The translations under genes and the position numbers were made by a program. Shown in pieces: positions 36,691 to 49,100 of a stretch of 64,000 bases of DNA. Origin of the DNA: Bugula neritina. Lineage: Eukaryota; Animalia; Bryozoa. The notes beneath the pieces were generated by a model that had not been told where the DNA came from, did no database searches, and worked only from the letters and a program-made list of their open reading frames with translations. The stretch is taken from NCBI GenBank assembly GCA_964035545.1, contig OZ037765.1, forward strand, positions 18,352,995-18,416,994. Reading direction: 5' to 3'. The first letter of the stretch is position 1; each line of letters begins with the position of its first letter.

Positions 36691-37233
36691 GCTCCTTGTG
36701 CAGCATATAATACTTCCATCGAGTCGATAAGCAGTTCTTAGAGGCAAGAGTTGTAATAGTTGAAGCTACATTCATTCTACCAAGTGGTAATTAAGCTTTT
36801 TTCGATTAAAGTAACAAGATGTGCAAACGTACAATATCAATTTTTGAATTAGTATACTGACATGGTTTTATCAAATTGAGTCAAGAAGTTTTTGAACTTA
36901 ACGTTGCTGTTAGCTTTATGATATGATAACTGCTAACAACTTCTTCATCACAGCCATAAGCTATCTCCTTAACCAAAATATTCTATGTGTCACGCTAGTT
37001 GATCATTTTTGGCTCATAAATATTAAAAATGGGGAGTCTTTCATTGTTAGCAAGTAATCATAGCACGTCATTATGAAACCCAATGCTTTTTTGTAACACA
37101 ATAGTTGTATTGAAAGGTTAAACTTTGTAAAAAAAACAAATAAATAGGTTTTTAATTTCCAATCATGAACTAATTACAAACAATACCTTTCAAGTAGCAT
37201 ATAGTATTATAATAATAGAAGATATTTACACCA

Positions 37234-38511
37234 TTAGGCATTTGTATACGAATTAGGTTTTACGATCATTAAACTTTTTTCCTCCTCGTCACGAGATTGG
37301 TCATGGTGCAACACTGAGTTCGAGATGTCGGGGTTATGAGTCAGAGCACATGTTACTGCTGTAGACTGAGGTGAATGTTTGCTGAGCCCATCTGTCCTGC
37401 ATTTCATATATTTGGCTTTGAACTGAAACTTCGCCGACACTTTCCTACTGAAAATCTCTATGAACAGTGATCGGTACTGCCTGCTCATAGTACTATACAA
37501 CACAATGTTTAAAGAGAACGCAGTAATAGTAGCTAAATCAATCACTTCTCCAAGACTATCGTAAATGACTGGGTTTTTGCACACAGCTACGTAGATTATA
37601 AGTATGCCATGAGGGAATTCTATAAGCAAAAACAAAGCTACCACAGCCAGCAACATCCTAACAGTCTGGTGGTGTTCACCATTTCCAGATTGACCAGCCT
37701 TTTTTCTAGCAACATCTGTTTGTAGCCTCTTTTTTCGTTGATCTGCCTCGAATAAAACTTTGATTAAAAATGCGGTAAATATAAGTAACAATAGTGCAAT
37801 GATAAATTTACTAACTATTGCAAAAAGCCAAAAATTAAAAACACTAAAAATAGTGTTGGCCTCTATTTGAACGGAGTATAAATATTCTCCCAAAGAGCAT
37901 GAAACATTTCCTCTGTAAAGTGAACAATGAAATGGTATTATCTTATACAGAATTATGTTAGGAATGGTGAGAACAAAGCATGCTCCAATAGTGCATACAC
38001 TGGCAATCACAGCTCTTCGGTATGAACACAGTTTAGCTGATCTTATAGGAAACTGGACATAGATGAACCTGAAGCAAGCTGTCACAATCAGTAGCCACGT
38101 GGCTGACATGTGCAAGAATAAGCTTGCATTAATATAGAACAACCGGAATCTCGCATGATGTATATTTGAAGTATGAAACCTGGGGATTCCGTCTATTATA
38201 TTGAGATTGAATATGGATATGTAAGGTATATGAAGTATTAATAGCAGCAGCTCGAATATAGCCATCATGGACAGCAAAAAGTTCACCGAGCTTCTCATTT
38301 TCGGATGGCAGAGCACAATAATGTTCATTACGTTGAAGATTATTCCACTGACAGCGACTACGATGGATACAACTGTTGAAGGCTTGAGAAAACCGGCAGC
38401 AAATATTTCAAGAGGAGTCATCATCGGTGGTGTTGAAGCCACGGTGGAGTTGTCCGTTGTTGTGTACAATGGATTACTGGTGATCCAACTGGTAATGCTA
38501 TCATTAGACAT
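37234..38511 (-). CDS. Rhodopsin-class peptide GPCR, DmsR/dmsr-1 (myosuppressin receptor-like, 7TM Srw family), intronless CDS of ~425 aa
   Basis: Seven hydrophobic helices; GIIFNVMNIIVL..PKMRSSVNFLL, HMSATWL..TACFRF, QTVRMLLAVVALFLLIEFPHG, SLNIVLYSTMSRQYR; N-terminal N-glycosylation sequons. First ATG at 38511; the frame stays open to a candidate acceptor at ~38580. Confidence 0.88.
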   Translation of the reverse strand: MSNDSITSWITSNPLYTTTDNSTVASTPPMMTPLEIFAAGFLKPSTVVSIVVAVSGIIFNVMNIIVLCHPKMRSSVNFLLSMMAIFELLLLILHIPYISIFNLNIIDGIPRFHTSNIHHARFRLFYINASLFLHMSATWLLIVTACFRFIYVQFPIRSAKLCSYRRAVIASVCTIGACFVLTIPNIILYKIIPFHCSLYRGNVSCSLGEYLYSVQIEANTIFSVFNFWLFAIVSKFIIALLLLIFTAFLIKVLFEADQRKKRLQTDVARKKAGQSGNGEHHQTVRMLLAVVALFLLIEFPHGILIIYVAVCKNPVIYDSLGEVIDLATITAFSLNIVLYSTMSRQYRSLFIEIFSRKVSAKFQFKAKYMKCRTDGLSKHSPQSTAVTCALTHNPDISNSVLHHDQSRDEEEKSLMIVKPNSYTNA

Positions 38512-40582
38512 TCTGATACCAATCAATATATCTTCAGCACTTAGTTTTGCAATGAAGAGCTTTTCACTCACAAGTGATTTCTGCAGAATATAAATCTATC
38601 ATTACAAAGTACACATGTACTGACTGCACTTGCAAAACTATTGACTATTAATAATTATGCTGCTTATGCAGTTATGTAATGCAAAACACAGAAGGGCTGG
38701 TGTTACTTAGAAATTTAAATATTTTATAATCACATACTAACTATATTTGAATGCTCTAGTAAGGGGTGTCTAAAAATATTGCAATCTGTATTTACAAAAT
38801 TATTTCAACAAACTACAATACTTGAAAAATAACAATAACTATAAAACAATAACACAAGAATACAAACTACCTATATGTACTAAGATCTCATTAAGATGCT
38901 TTACTGTAATAGAATGTGCGACAGTAAAACAGCAGCGATTTTATAACAAACTTTACTAAATATTTTAGAGCATGAATATAAATTTCTAAGTTTATTTTAT
39001 TATAGATTATTAATAAAGTTTATTGTGGCCATTAATATTTCAACTTAGTATAAACCGCTCTATATAATATAGAAATGTTTCTGGAACATAAATAATGTTT
39101 GTTTCGAGCTGTTTCTAACAGCAATTTCTAATTTTCAGACTTATTTTTCACTCCACATCATAACAAATTTAAACTCTGGATACGGATCAAGACATCAGGA
39201 AACTCTTTGCTAACACTAGGTACATTGTTTTATTAGTGTTATTGTGTTATGCATCAGCAAAGTGAAAGACTATTATTGAAGCAAGACTGTTGAAGTGAAG
39301 TCAATGTTGCACAGAACAAAACAAACTAAAAAGTTACTCAATATTATAGAATTCACTTTGTATTTGCTATTGCATACAACCCAGCTGGATGCATGATAAC
39401 ATAGTTTTAAGATGGAGTTTGTGATAAAGAGATCCATGTTTTGTATCAAACATATCAAGTATTTTTATTAATGTATGAGCTGGCTATTGCACGAGCTGCG
39501 TGCAGTATAATTTTGAAAAACACCCATCATTTTTAGTTGAAAGTTTTTATATGTGATTGATTATAATACTTTTTGCAAACAAATACCTAACAGCACACAC
39601 AAAGCAACCTTATAATATTTTATTCAAATTTGCTGCACAGCCATAACACGGTGTTAACAACTGTTCAAAGGTGCAAATGTTTAAAAAGCAGTGTTTAGCT
39701 ATACTTAACTACATATTAAATTTCCAATAAACATTTGTAGATCCTTTGACAATAAGCATAATGTAATATATATATAGTTATTCAAAAATAATACATTAAA
39801 ATGAATATTTAGCATAAGTAATTATTAGTGTATAAATTTATCTTTTTCGCTTTAATAATGTTTAACATAAATTACTCCTCATGTTAAAAAACGTTAAAAA
39901 TTTACTATATACACAGTAGATATGCTAGACATGTTTGAAAATAGTCACCAACACTTATAGCAAGTCTTTCATTATTGTGTAGAAAATTTCTGTTTGAAAA
40001 ATTACACAAGTTCTGTACACAGCTCAACTGTGTTTACAGAAAAAGATGAAGGGTATTGATTGGTCAGCAGTTCACTTATTAAATATTCATCATAAACATA
40101 AACAGGAAAATTGAATTACTTAAAAATTGATTTATATTAACTTATAGTGGAAATGGATTGAAGTGTTGAAAATAACATGATAATTTCTTGTAGATAAAAA
40201 GGTTTCAAGTTTAAGGTATGACATAGACTGTGTTAATCTTGTGCTATACTGATTATTCGAGTTCGTAAACACAATCATGTTTGTATATCATTATCATAAA
40301 AAGAATATCTGCTTTTTAAAAGTCATACGAACCCAAGATTATTGTTCAAAGTAAATAGTAACCTCACAATTTCACTTAACTGTTGCCTTTCAAGTATACA
40401 CCAACACATAGCTGTTACAATTGATTAAACACTTATATTACAGTATCAGCTGTCATATAAACCATTGATAATTTTCTGATATTAGCTGTTCTTTTCATTT
40501 GATGTTTGGCAAAATATAAGTTCAGCATAACAGATCTTAACTGTAGTGAAATAACCAGAATTATGAGTTAGATTACTTAAAA

Positions 40583-40782
40583 GGGAGCAGCTGTGGTCTA
40601 GTGATTAGAGTGCTGACTAAGGAAACAAAATGTCAGTAATTTGAATCTCGGTAAAGGCCATAAGGTTGTGTAGAATTCAGTCATAATTGCTCCTTTTTCA
40701 TAATAGAAAACACTCTTTAGCCAGATTAAAAAACTTTCCATCAGGGCTCTCACGATAAGTATATACCCGTGTGAGCTTTTAT
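40583..40782 (+). mobile_element. Old degenerate copy of the tRNA-derived SINE
   Basis: gagcagctgtggtctagtgattagag head, cagtcataattgctcc core and ctttccatcaggg...gtgtgagctttt tail match the reverse complement of 5509-5722. Confidence 0.75.
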
Positions 40783-40967
40783 ATGGAGTGCAAAATGTTG
40801 TTAACTTATGAAAATTAAAAGTATTTATATCTAGTCAAGATTCAATCGTCTTGAATAACTAGGTTGATACAATTTCCATTATATGCATTTCCTATGCTTA
40901 GCTGCGTTCTCTGATGTAACTTCCTGTTGCCGACTTCTTGTCACTGAATGGCTCAATTAAGTTGCAC

Positions 40968-41373
40968 AGTATAGTATAGCACACTGTCTAGTATAGCATT
41001 TTGTCTAGTATAGCACCTTGTCTAGTATAGTACATTGCCTAACATAGCACACTTTCTAGTACAGCATGTTGTCTAATATAGCACAATGTCTAATATAGCA
41101 CATTGTCTAGTATAGCACGTTGTCTAGTATAGCACATTGTCTAGTATAGCACATTGTCTAGTATAGCACATTGTCTAATATAGCACATTGTCTAGTATAG
41201 CACATTGTCTAGTATAGTACATTGCCTAACATAACACACTTTCTAGTACAGCATGTTGTCTAGTATAGCACATTGTCTAGTATAGCACATTGTCTAGTAT
41301 AGCACAATGTCTAATATAGCACATTGTCTAGTATAGCACATTGTCTAGTATAGCACATTGTCTAATATAGCAC
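40968..41373. repeat. 17-bp minisatellite (gtatagcacattgtcta), about 24 copies
   Basis: Direct periodicity; a variant block is duplicated at ~41028 and ~41215. Confidence 0.96.
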
Positions 41374-42184
41374 AGCTTCTGATTATATTTTTATATTCTG
41401 TAAGAAATCTTCATATTATTTATTTTTTCAAGATTTTCAAGTTTTTGTTTTGATTCATGACATTAAAATGACTCCTAAGGGGAGACAAATGTGTCCGATC
41501 CCCTTTCTGGTATGACCTCTCCCTATCTGCATAGACATAGCTGCTTCTCTATCAATATCTAATAGGAGAATGGTTCAACCTATCAACTAAATATGTAAAC
41601 CAGCAGAAAAAACGATACATGTTTTATAGGTTTTGTATAAATTATAGAACAGTAACATGCTTTTCTTAAAATTAGCATTATTTCGAAATATAGCTAAGTA
41701 CATGCATATTATGTTTGAGCTATAGCATTGAATAAAATTACTGGCCAACACTAAATATAAAGTTTAATTATTAGTTTGAGCTAAGAGAATAAAACACGGA
41801 AGCTCTTTTAACTTCTACTAATTAATTATTATATCCTATCAGCGTTGAATGTGTAACAACTCATTTTTATTTGGATGAGTACAAAACTGCAGGTCTATAA
41901 TTAAGTTAGTGATATTCATGAGTATCAAAATTGCTTTGTGAATTCATGTTAGATAAATAAGGCAAGCGAGAAAATTTTCTTTTAAAAGAAAAGTTAAACA
42001 ATATTTTTTGTAGCCTGCCATTTGATTCAAGTTATATTGGTTGCCAATACATAGAAGCATAAAAACTGGTATTTGATAAATATGGAATAAACAAAGAGAC
42101 AAGGTTTTAACTGTAAAAACAAAAGCCTATTTGTTGCTGATATACCAGAAATACTATAATAAGCATTACCTACTTCTTTAAATA

Positions 42185-42440
42185 TGTGTTCTATTATATT
42201 GGTTATATGTCCTTTGTTTTGTTTTGTCTCCCCCCTCCCCTTCCACCCCTCCCCTTCCACCCCTCCTCTCCTGTTTATTTCTTATGCATGCGTTTGGAGG
42301 AGAAGCAGGGTCATGCTTTCTATTAAAGGTGTGTTCTAATATATTGGATATATGTACGTTGTTTGGCTTTGTCTCCCCCTCACACCCCCTCCCCTCCTGT
42401 TTATTTGTTATGTATGTGTTTGGAGAAAGTCAAGCTTTTT
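42185..42440. repeat. Diverged ~140-bp tandem duplication with C-rich tracts
   Basis: 'gtgttcta.tatattgg.tatatgt...ttgtctccccctc...ctcctgtttattt.ttatg.atg.gtttggag' occurs twice. Confidence 0.75.
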
Positions 42441-43824
42441 ATTGATATATAATAATATTTCAGTGAAAACACATGTCAAGCTTCATCGTATGAAAGAAAA
42501 AATAATACTAACAATGATCGTATACAAAACTATCTTACAGATAAGGAGATATGACATTGTAGTGAAATAGCTTAGCTTACACATGACATCATATGAACTT
42601 ATGATACAATATTATATTTCAATCCCACAATAGAACTCCTATGCCCTTTGTAGCTTACAAATCATTTGCATGATGGCCATACTATACTAATAATCTTTCA
42701 TTCTATCAAGTAAGTAATTTCGTGTTCAGTTTTACCTTGAAAGTTAGCGGCAATAGTTGAAAATTGAAAGCAGTCAGATTAAACCTGATGCAGTTATTGA
42801 CTTGTTGTATTCTGCTGGCTGCAACAGACTAGCTGAGCGCACTCTAACATAATGCCACAACTCTTAAATGATAAGTTGAGTTCCACCGCTAATGTCTAAT
42901 TATAATGCTTGCTAAATTCAAGTTGCCATACAAGGCATTAATAATAAGTTCAACATTTATAAACATCAATAGAGAGTTCAATCTTAGTATACTTGTGTGA
43001 AATCTTGTAGGCTAACATTTATTTTCAAAGTCTCTTTTAATAATTAGTATTCACTGCTTTTACAAAACCAATTATATACCATTAAACTGTAAAGATTACT
43101 CTAAAGAAACCATTTCTATGCCTGAAAGAGTTAAACTCGAAAGTTGGCACTGGTGAACTTAGCGTGACAAAAAGGAATTTACTAGGCAAGCGAAATCCAA
43201 AAAGAAACTTTCAATAGCAACTTTTCACTTTAACCTTTTGCTTTTATGCAATCATGTTATGAACGAGTACGTTGCCTCATTAGCTTAGTTGAAAATTTAA
43301 AAGACTTTACAATTCAAACTATCCCTGAGTAAAATAACGCCTAATATAAGCGGCAGTTGCCAATTCAAATCCACAGCTTTTCATTGACAAATTGAAAAAT
43401 GTGTACAATAGCACCTGCATCACTTTTTACAAGATTTAATTTTATATTGCCAGTCAAATATATTATTATAATGACTTTAGTTTAAATGAAAACTGCAATA
43501 ACAAATTAACTAGTATGTTAGGGCTAATAGACTGGTATCTAAAAAACCTCTCTAATTAAGACATCAATCGCCTTTCATTACCAAGTATAACTACCAACTA
43601 TATGATATTATACGACTTGCAACAGAAATATTAGATTATCTATAAATCTGCACTTACTTGTATAAGGTTGCAATAGAATAAAGAGAACAGTCATCGATAT
43701 TTTCTATATATCAAATGCTCTAAGAGATGACATCTGCTCATACAGCATGTGTTTAATGATATGCTCTTAATGCCCCTGTGTTCTTTTATATAATAAGCTA
43801 TCGGGTAATCTCATTGGCTTATTG

Positions 43825-43870
43825 AACATAAAATCAAGACAGTAATTAACATAAAATCAAGACAGTAATT
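43825..43870. repeat. Perfect 23-bp tandem duplication
   Basis: aacataaaatcaagacagtaatt x2. Confidence 0.9.
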
Positions 43871-45976
43871 ATATTATGTAGAACTATACGAGAAGTTGCC
43901 TCCTTGAATCACTAGCATATCTTCTACTTAATCTAATAGTAGACGCACTCCATTCATTTCACATAGTATATTGATATTTGATATGCCACATCTATATTAC
44001 CCTTCAAGTGTAAATAAGGATAGTAAACACACATAATTACAGTTTACTGTATTATTTACTATGGTATCTAGTAAATATATATGCTATAATTTGATCAATG
44101 GGGAGAGAGTAATATAATTTGTAGATCCTATAAGTTTTCCTCTTTCCAATTTACCCTGCATGAAACTTTCAGTCATGCTAAAACTTCTGCTATGCTTAAA
44201 CATAATTTATACAAATTTTATAAAGCATTGATTGTAATCTGTACTGCACTACAAAACTGCAAAATTCACAGCATCACTTCGTGTGCTTGTTCGAAGTTAT
44301 ATAATTAAGTTTTACATTGTAGGAATTTTGACTTCAACTGACCAGATAATTGAAATATAAATGTAGCTTTTGTTAATGTAGACCAACATGATGCGTTTAT
44401 ATAACTTTTATATACTACCTTCATAATATACTTCTGTTCCAATCTAAATCCATTAGATTTTAGATTTTGCCTATCATAGATTTTGTCATTAGACTACTTA
44501 CAAAACCTACCTTTCTATTTCTAGTCAATAAAACTCAACTTGTGATTTGCATTCGTGTTAGCAATAAGTTTAGAATAATTATTATATAAGATACAAAACC
44601 AATCAATTGTTTGACCTCCTCAAAGACAGCTGCATGGGGGAATGTCCAGTGACCTCACTCACAGTGAACTTTGACTATTGTTATCTATAAGTTTTAATTT
44701 TAGATTTCCTGACCACTATACAAATCATAACACATTTCAGTTATATTTAAATAGGTCACAGTGGCATATAAATCAGTTTCAGCAGCAAAGCTAATCTATT
44801 TTACTAGTTAATTTAAATTAGGAAATGAGATTATACTGCAACTTGAATCAATAGTTTATAGGCGTTTATATTGATTGGAATTAATTGTTTGAGTTGACAG
44901 TATTCTGATTCTGGCAGCCAATAAATCCACGGGTGCTTTAATTAATTGAGTGAATTGTTGAGGGGCTGTGTGTGATTAATGCAGTACTACTAGAATAGTA
45001 CAGTGCATGTGATGTAGTCCATTATGGTACAAATCAATATGCTTTGAGAACCAAAATTATGCAGCTTATTTAAATTAATTTTGCTAAAAATAGTTTCAAT
45101 AGATTTTTTGCATCTACTGACAATTTATTTTTGAATAAATAAATTAATTGTTTAGAACAAAAAATTAATGAAATAGGTAATAAAAAAATTATTTTTGTAT
45201 AAAGATGTTATTGCTCTAAAGCTTAAATCAATGCATGTTTATATGCTAAGTGTGTCTCTTTTCACTGAGCTCTATTTAACCCTGCAATTATTATCTCTTA
45301 CAATTGAAATATAAACACATGCATATTACGGCAATGTTAGTACACAATCTATAAAGCATATAATGAGAAAATATAAGATGTAATTATAAAGTTCTAACCT
45401 GTTATCTAATGTAATGAAGTTTATATGATTTGTGGATATCCTTAATTTATATTAGAGCTTGAACTTCTCAAAACATGTAGACTTGGTCAAAAATAATTAC
45501 TGCTGTTTATGACGAATAGGCTGACTTATTACATAAATGTGCACTTTGGAATCTACAGAACTGTAAGTAGTATAACATTGCTTGTTTCATAAAAGTCAAG
45601 CCATTCTGAGAGAGAAAAGACTGTGAAAATATATACACATGTAAGAGCTAGATAAGAAGAAATAAAGAGCAGACTATGCAAGTTACTTGGCATTAAAAAT
45701 AGCTTGCAATTTGAAACTCCAATGTAACTGTAGTCTGCCATTACTTGTATTGCAAAGATTAGCCAGTATGAAGAGATACAGTAACACAGACCCTGTCAAA
45801 TGTTATCATATTATTATCATGTAATATTCAATGCTATCACTGCTACAAATATCATAACGCATTTCTTGAGAATTTCATGCTGATATGTCATTTTAGACTG
45901 GCATGCAAACATTAATACTTGTAAAAGAAGACTTCAGCATATGATATAAGAGATGGGTAGGTTAAAATATCATTAT

Positions 45977-45982
45977 TTTATT
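45977..45982 (-). terminator. Candidate polyadenylation signal of IFT172
   Basis: AATAAA on the minus strand ~180 nt downstream of the stop codon. Confidence 0.45.
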
Positions 45983-46159
45983 TTATATAAAACCATTTAG
46001 GTATAACAGTATATAGGTTAGCAATTGAGGACGGAACAAAGTGAATCTATAGTGCCACAGCCAGACATGAACAAATCATAAATCCTGTACGACCACGGCT
46101 ATTGTAAAGCTCAAAAAATATCGACTCTTTTGAGGTAGCTGTCACTTGCAGTAATAAGG

Positions 46160-49100
46160 CTACTGAAATGAGTAGCTAGGGTTGGGCGTGGCTCCACACC
46201 ACCCGCCAATAAACTTCATCACATCCTGCAAGTCTGCTCCATGAGTTACTTTGACGGCCATTAGGAATTTGTTCCAGTCATCTTTGTTGGCAGCTTTGCC
46301 AGGTCTTTTAAATTCAAGTTTATTCTTCAACACTGGATAACCTAAAGCAAAGTATATGAGCAGTAAATACAGGAAGTACTAAGGGAAATCTGAAAATTAC
46401 AAATTACAGTTTATAACAAATTAAGAATGCTTTGACAATATAATATAATCAACTTGTATCCCTTTATGTCTCTGTGGTAGTTAATTCATACACACAAGAT
46501 TTTCCAAACACTGCACAGGTCATTCATTCTCTAGCATCAATCTTGGAGTGACTTTTGACTCAACAGTTTATTAGCAGGGACTTGAATGGAGATCACACAT
46601 ACATACAGGTACATTAATCAGTTTAAAATATTACAGGACAGAAAATATTTTTTGCAGATAACCAGCGGTTCCCTACAACGTTTTACCTGTAATAATGCAG
46701 GGGAGGGATCTGATGCCATTGTTGGCTGATATGAGTGATGCCTCGTACGTCTCCCTCTCATCCAGTGGCAGCGTTTGCTCTACTTTCTGATCCATACTTA
46801 CTGCCAACACCCACTCCTTAATTTCTTCATGCTTTGATTCCTGTAGAGAAGTAAGAAACTAGCAATCACTCTTGGATAGAGTATAACGTATATGCTCAAA
46901 ACATAAATAGCACCTGCAAGTAGTGCATGCTGTATATAGCTGTACGATATAATGTGTTCCCTATTAAATGATAACAATAGAGCCAAACATAAACCTCCAG
47001 TATAGAGTAATTGGACTAACTAAGCATTTGCTAAAGACTCTGAAGCTTTAAAAGTTCAGTTTAAACATTACATAATAATTAATAGCTTGGTTATAATAGT
47101 AAACATTTCTACTAATTACATCTTTGAACTTCTTATAACAATAAACTGAAGAAGAGTGCTAATAAAAGCTTGTCTATAGCAAAATATTCAGATGTTAGAA
47201 GCAGTAAAAGTGAGTGAAATGAATTCACAACATACTGAGAGATAGGCTTTCTCAGGAAGAGGAACTTCGGCGGGTATGTCTGTCTCCTGGAAGTCCGTGT
47301 TGTCCAGCATATCAAGAGAACCTTCTTCTATTGCTTCAACCAAATCCAAGTACCGATTGAGGAATACAAAAGCCATACTCCCCCACCCAACTTTCTGTAA
47401 AAAATTTAAAAGATATTGGTCTATCAACTTATTAGATACGCATAAAATTAACACAAAATGTATAATCAAAACATGTCACACAAACATAAAAACCCAGTGA
47501 AGACATAATCAACACAAACGAATAGCAAAATGAGTTGTACCTTGCACATCATGCCAGCTTCATAGAACGCTTTATCGGCTGGTATAATGTCAGTATGTCT
47601 GAGCAGCGACACTGCCAGCTTGGCAGCAATAGGCTTGAGCTGATCATGGCCCATGGCGGCTGACCGAGCTGCGTAGTAGTGGGCTATGAGTAACATAGTA
47701 TCAAAGTACTCGTGTTGTGGCGAGTTGGACTCTGAGCTCTTAGCTAAGTTCTCACACTGCAAGCAGAGTAACTGAGTGTAGTGTGACTACATCATACAAC
47801 TATTCTGGGAGGTAGGTACAGCAATGGAGAAATTGAGAAAAGCCGGGTTCTACATTAGAAATGTAGCAAAAAAGTTATGTTCTCTAAAAAATTTCAACCT
47901 GCGTCCCTAACTAAAATTTCTAGACAAAATTAAAAAACTTGGACTATCTCAATTTCTCCACTACTGCTCCTAAATGGTACAAGTAACAGGTGTACACTAA
48001 TCACTAGATGATATATAGAGGAACTTTAGAGAAGTAGAGTAACTTAATATGACCAAATTTACCAGATTGGTAAAAGTAATAACTATACATTTATCACTCA
48101 ATATATAGAAGAGCTAATATCTTTTGAAAGTGTGCATAGATATCATTAGGAGCATTCCAAATTGTATCGACTATGTACAGTAATTGTATGCATATGTGCA
48201 TTCAAATACACTCCTTAACATTTCTAACAAGACAATAATATGCAAGCAGCTGTGTATTTGTTATTGAAGAAAAAGATAGGTTGAAACTCAAGTCTAAATA
48301 TAGAACAGGAACCTATTATTAAAGCGATGCCTTCTATTTCCTTTATTACACACGTGTATTTATAGATGTGATCACTGCCGCATGGTAACGCTAGTGTAAG
48401 ATCAGAGATAAAAATAATAGCGGATTTCAAGGCCACCCTTGAGGATAAACAACATATTCAGTGCTAGTGAAATGTATAAGTGAACTACAGTTAATACAGG
48501 CCAAGATACAATGAATTTCACTTCTTGCAAATGCTTTGAAAAAAAAATTAAAAAGTGCTATGCATGAATAATTATGGATTCAATACTAAATAAACGGCAG
48601 CATAACTCATCTCACCAGGTCATGTAGCATGTCTCTTAAGTCAGCCCAAGTTCTGTAGGCCTCAGCTTTCATCAAATCACTTGTCTTGAGCAAATCTGTT
48701 ACAATGCGTTTGTATATGTTGTAGTTCTGGGAGTAGGGGGGTGTGCCGTGCTTCACATACAAGTCCATAGCGGCATCTGACCTTCCTTCTTTTATCAGTG
48801 TTGTAGCGTAGAGAGCAACATACTTGTGCAAAACTTTAAAATTATTCTAAAAAAAGATGTATACAAAATTATTATGAGAAACGCTCTATTTACCAGTTTA
48901 AGCTTATGTTAGGCACAAATATCTAATATTCAATTTTTCATTCTAATAAAAACAAAACTGCAATGTGGTACAGCAATTATTTAGACTATTGCATTTTCTA
49001 TATAACACATGAGCTGATGTAAATATCACAGAGGGAGCAAGTTTAATTTATAGGACCTGCATTAAATAACACATTGTTTTTGCAATAATTGAGCCTAAAA

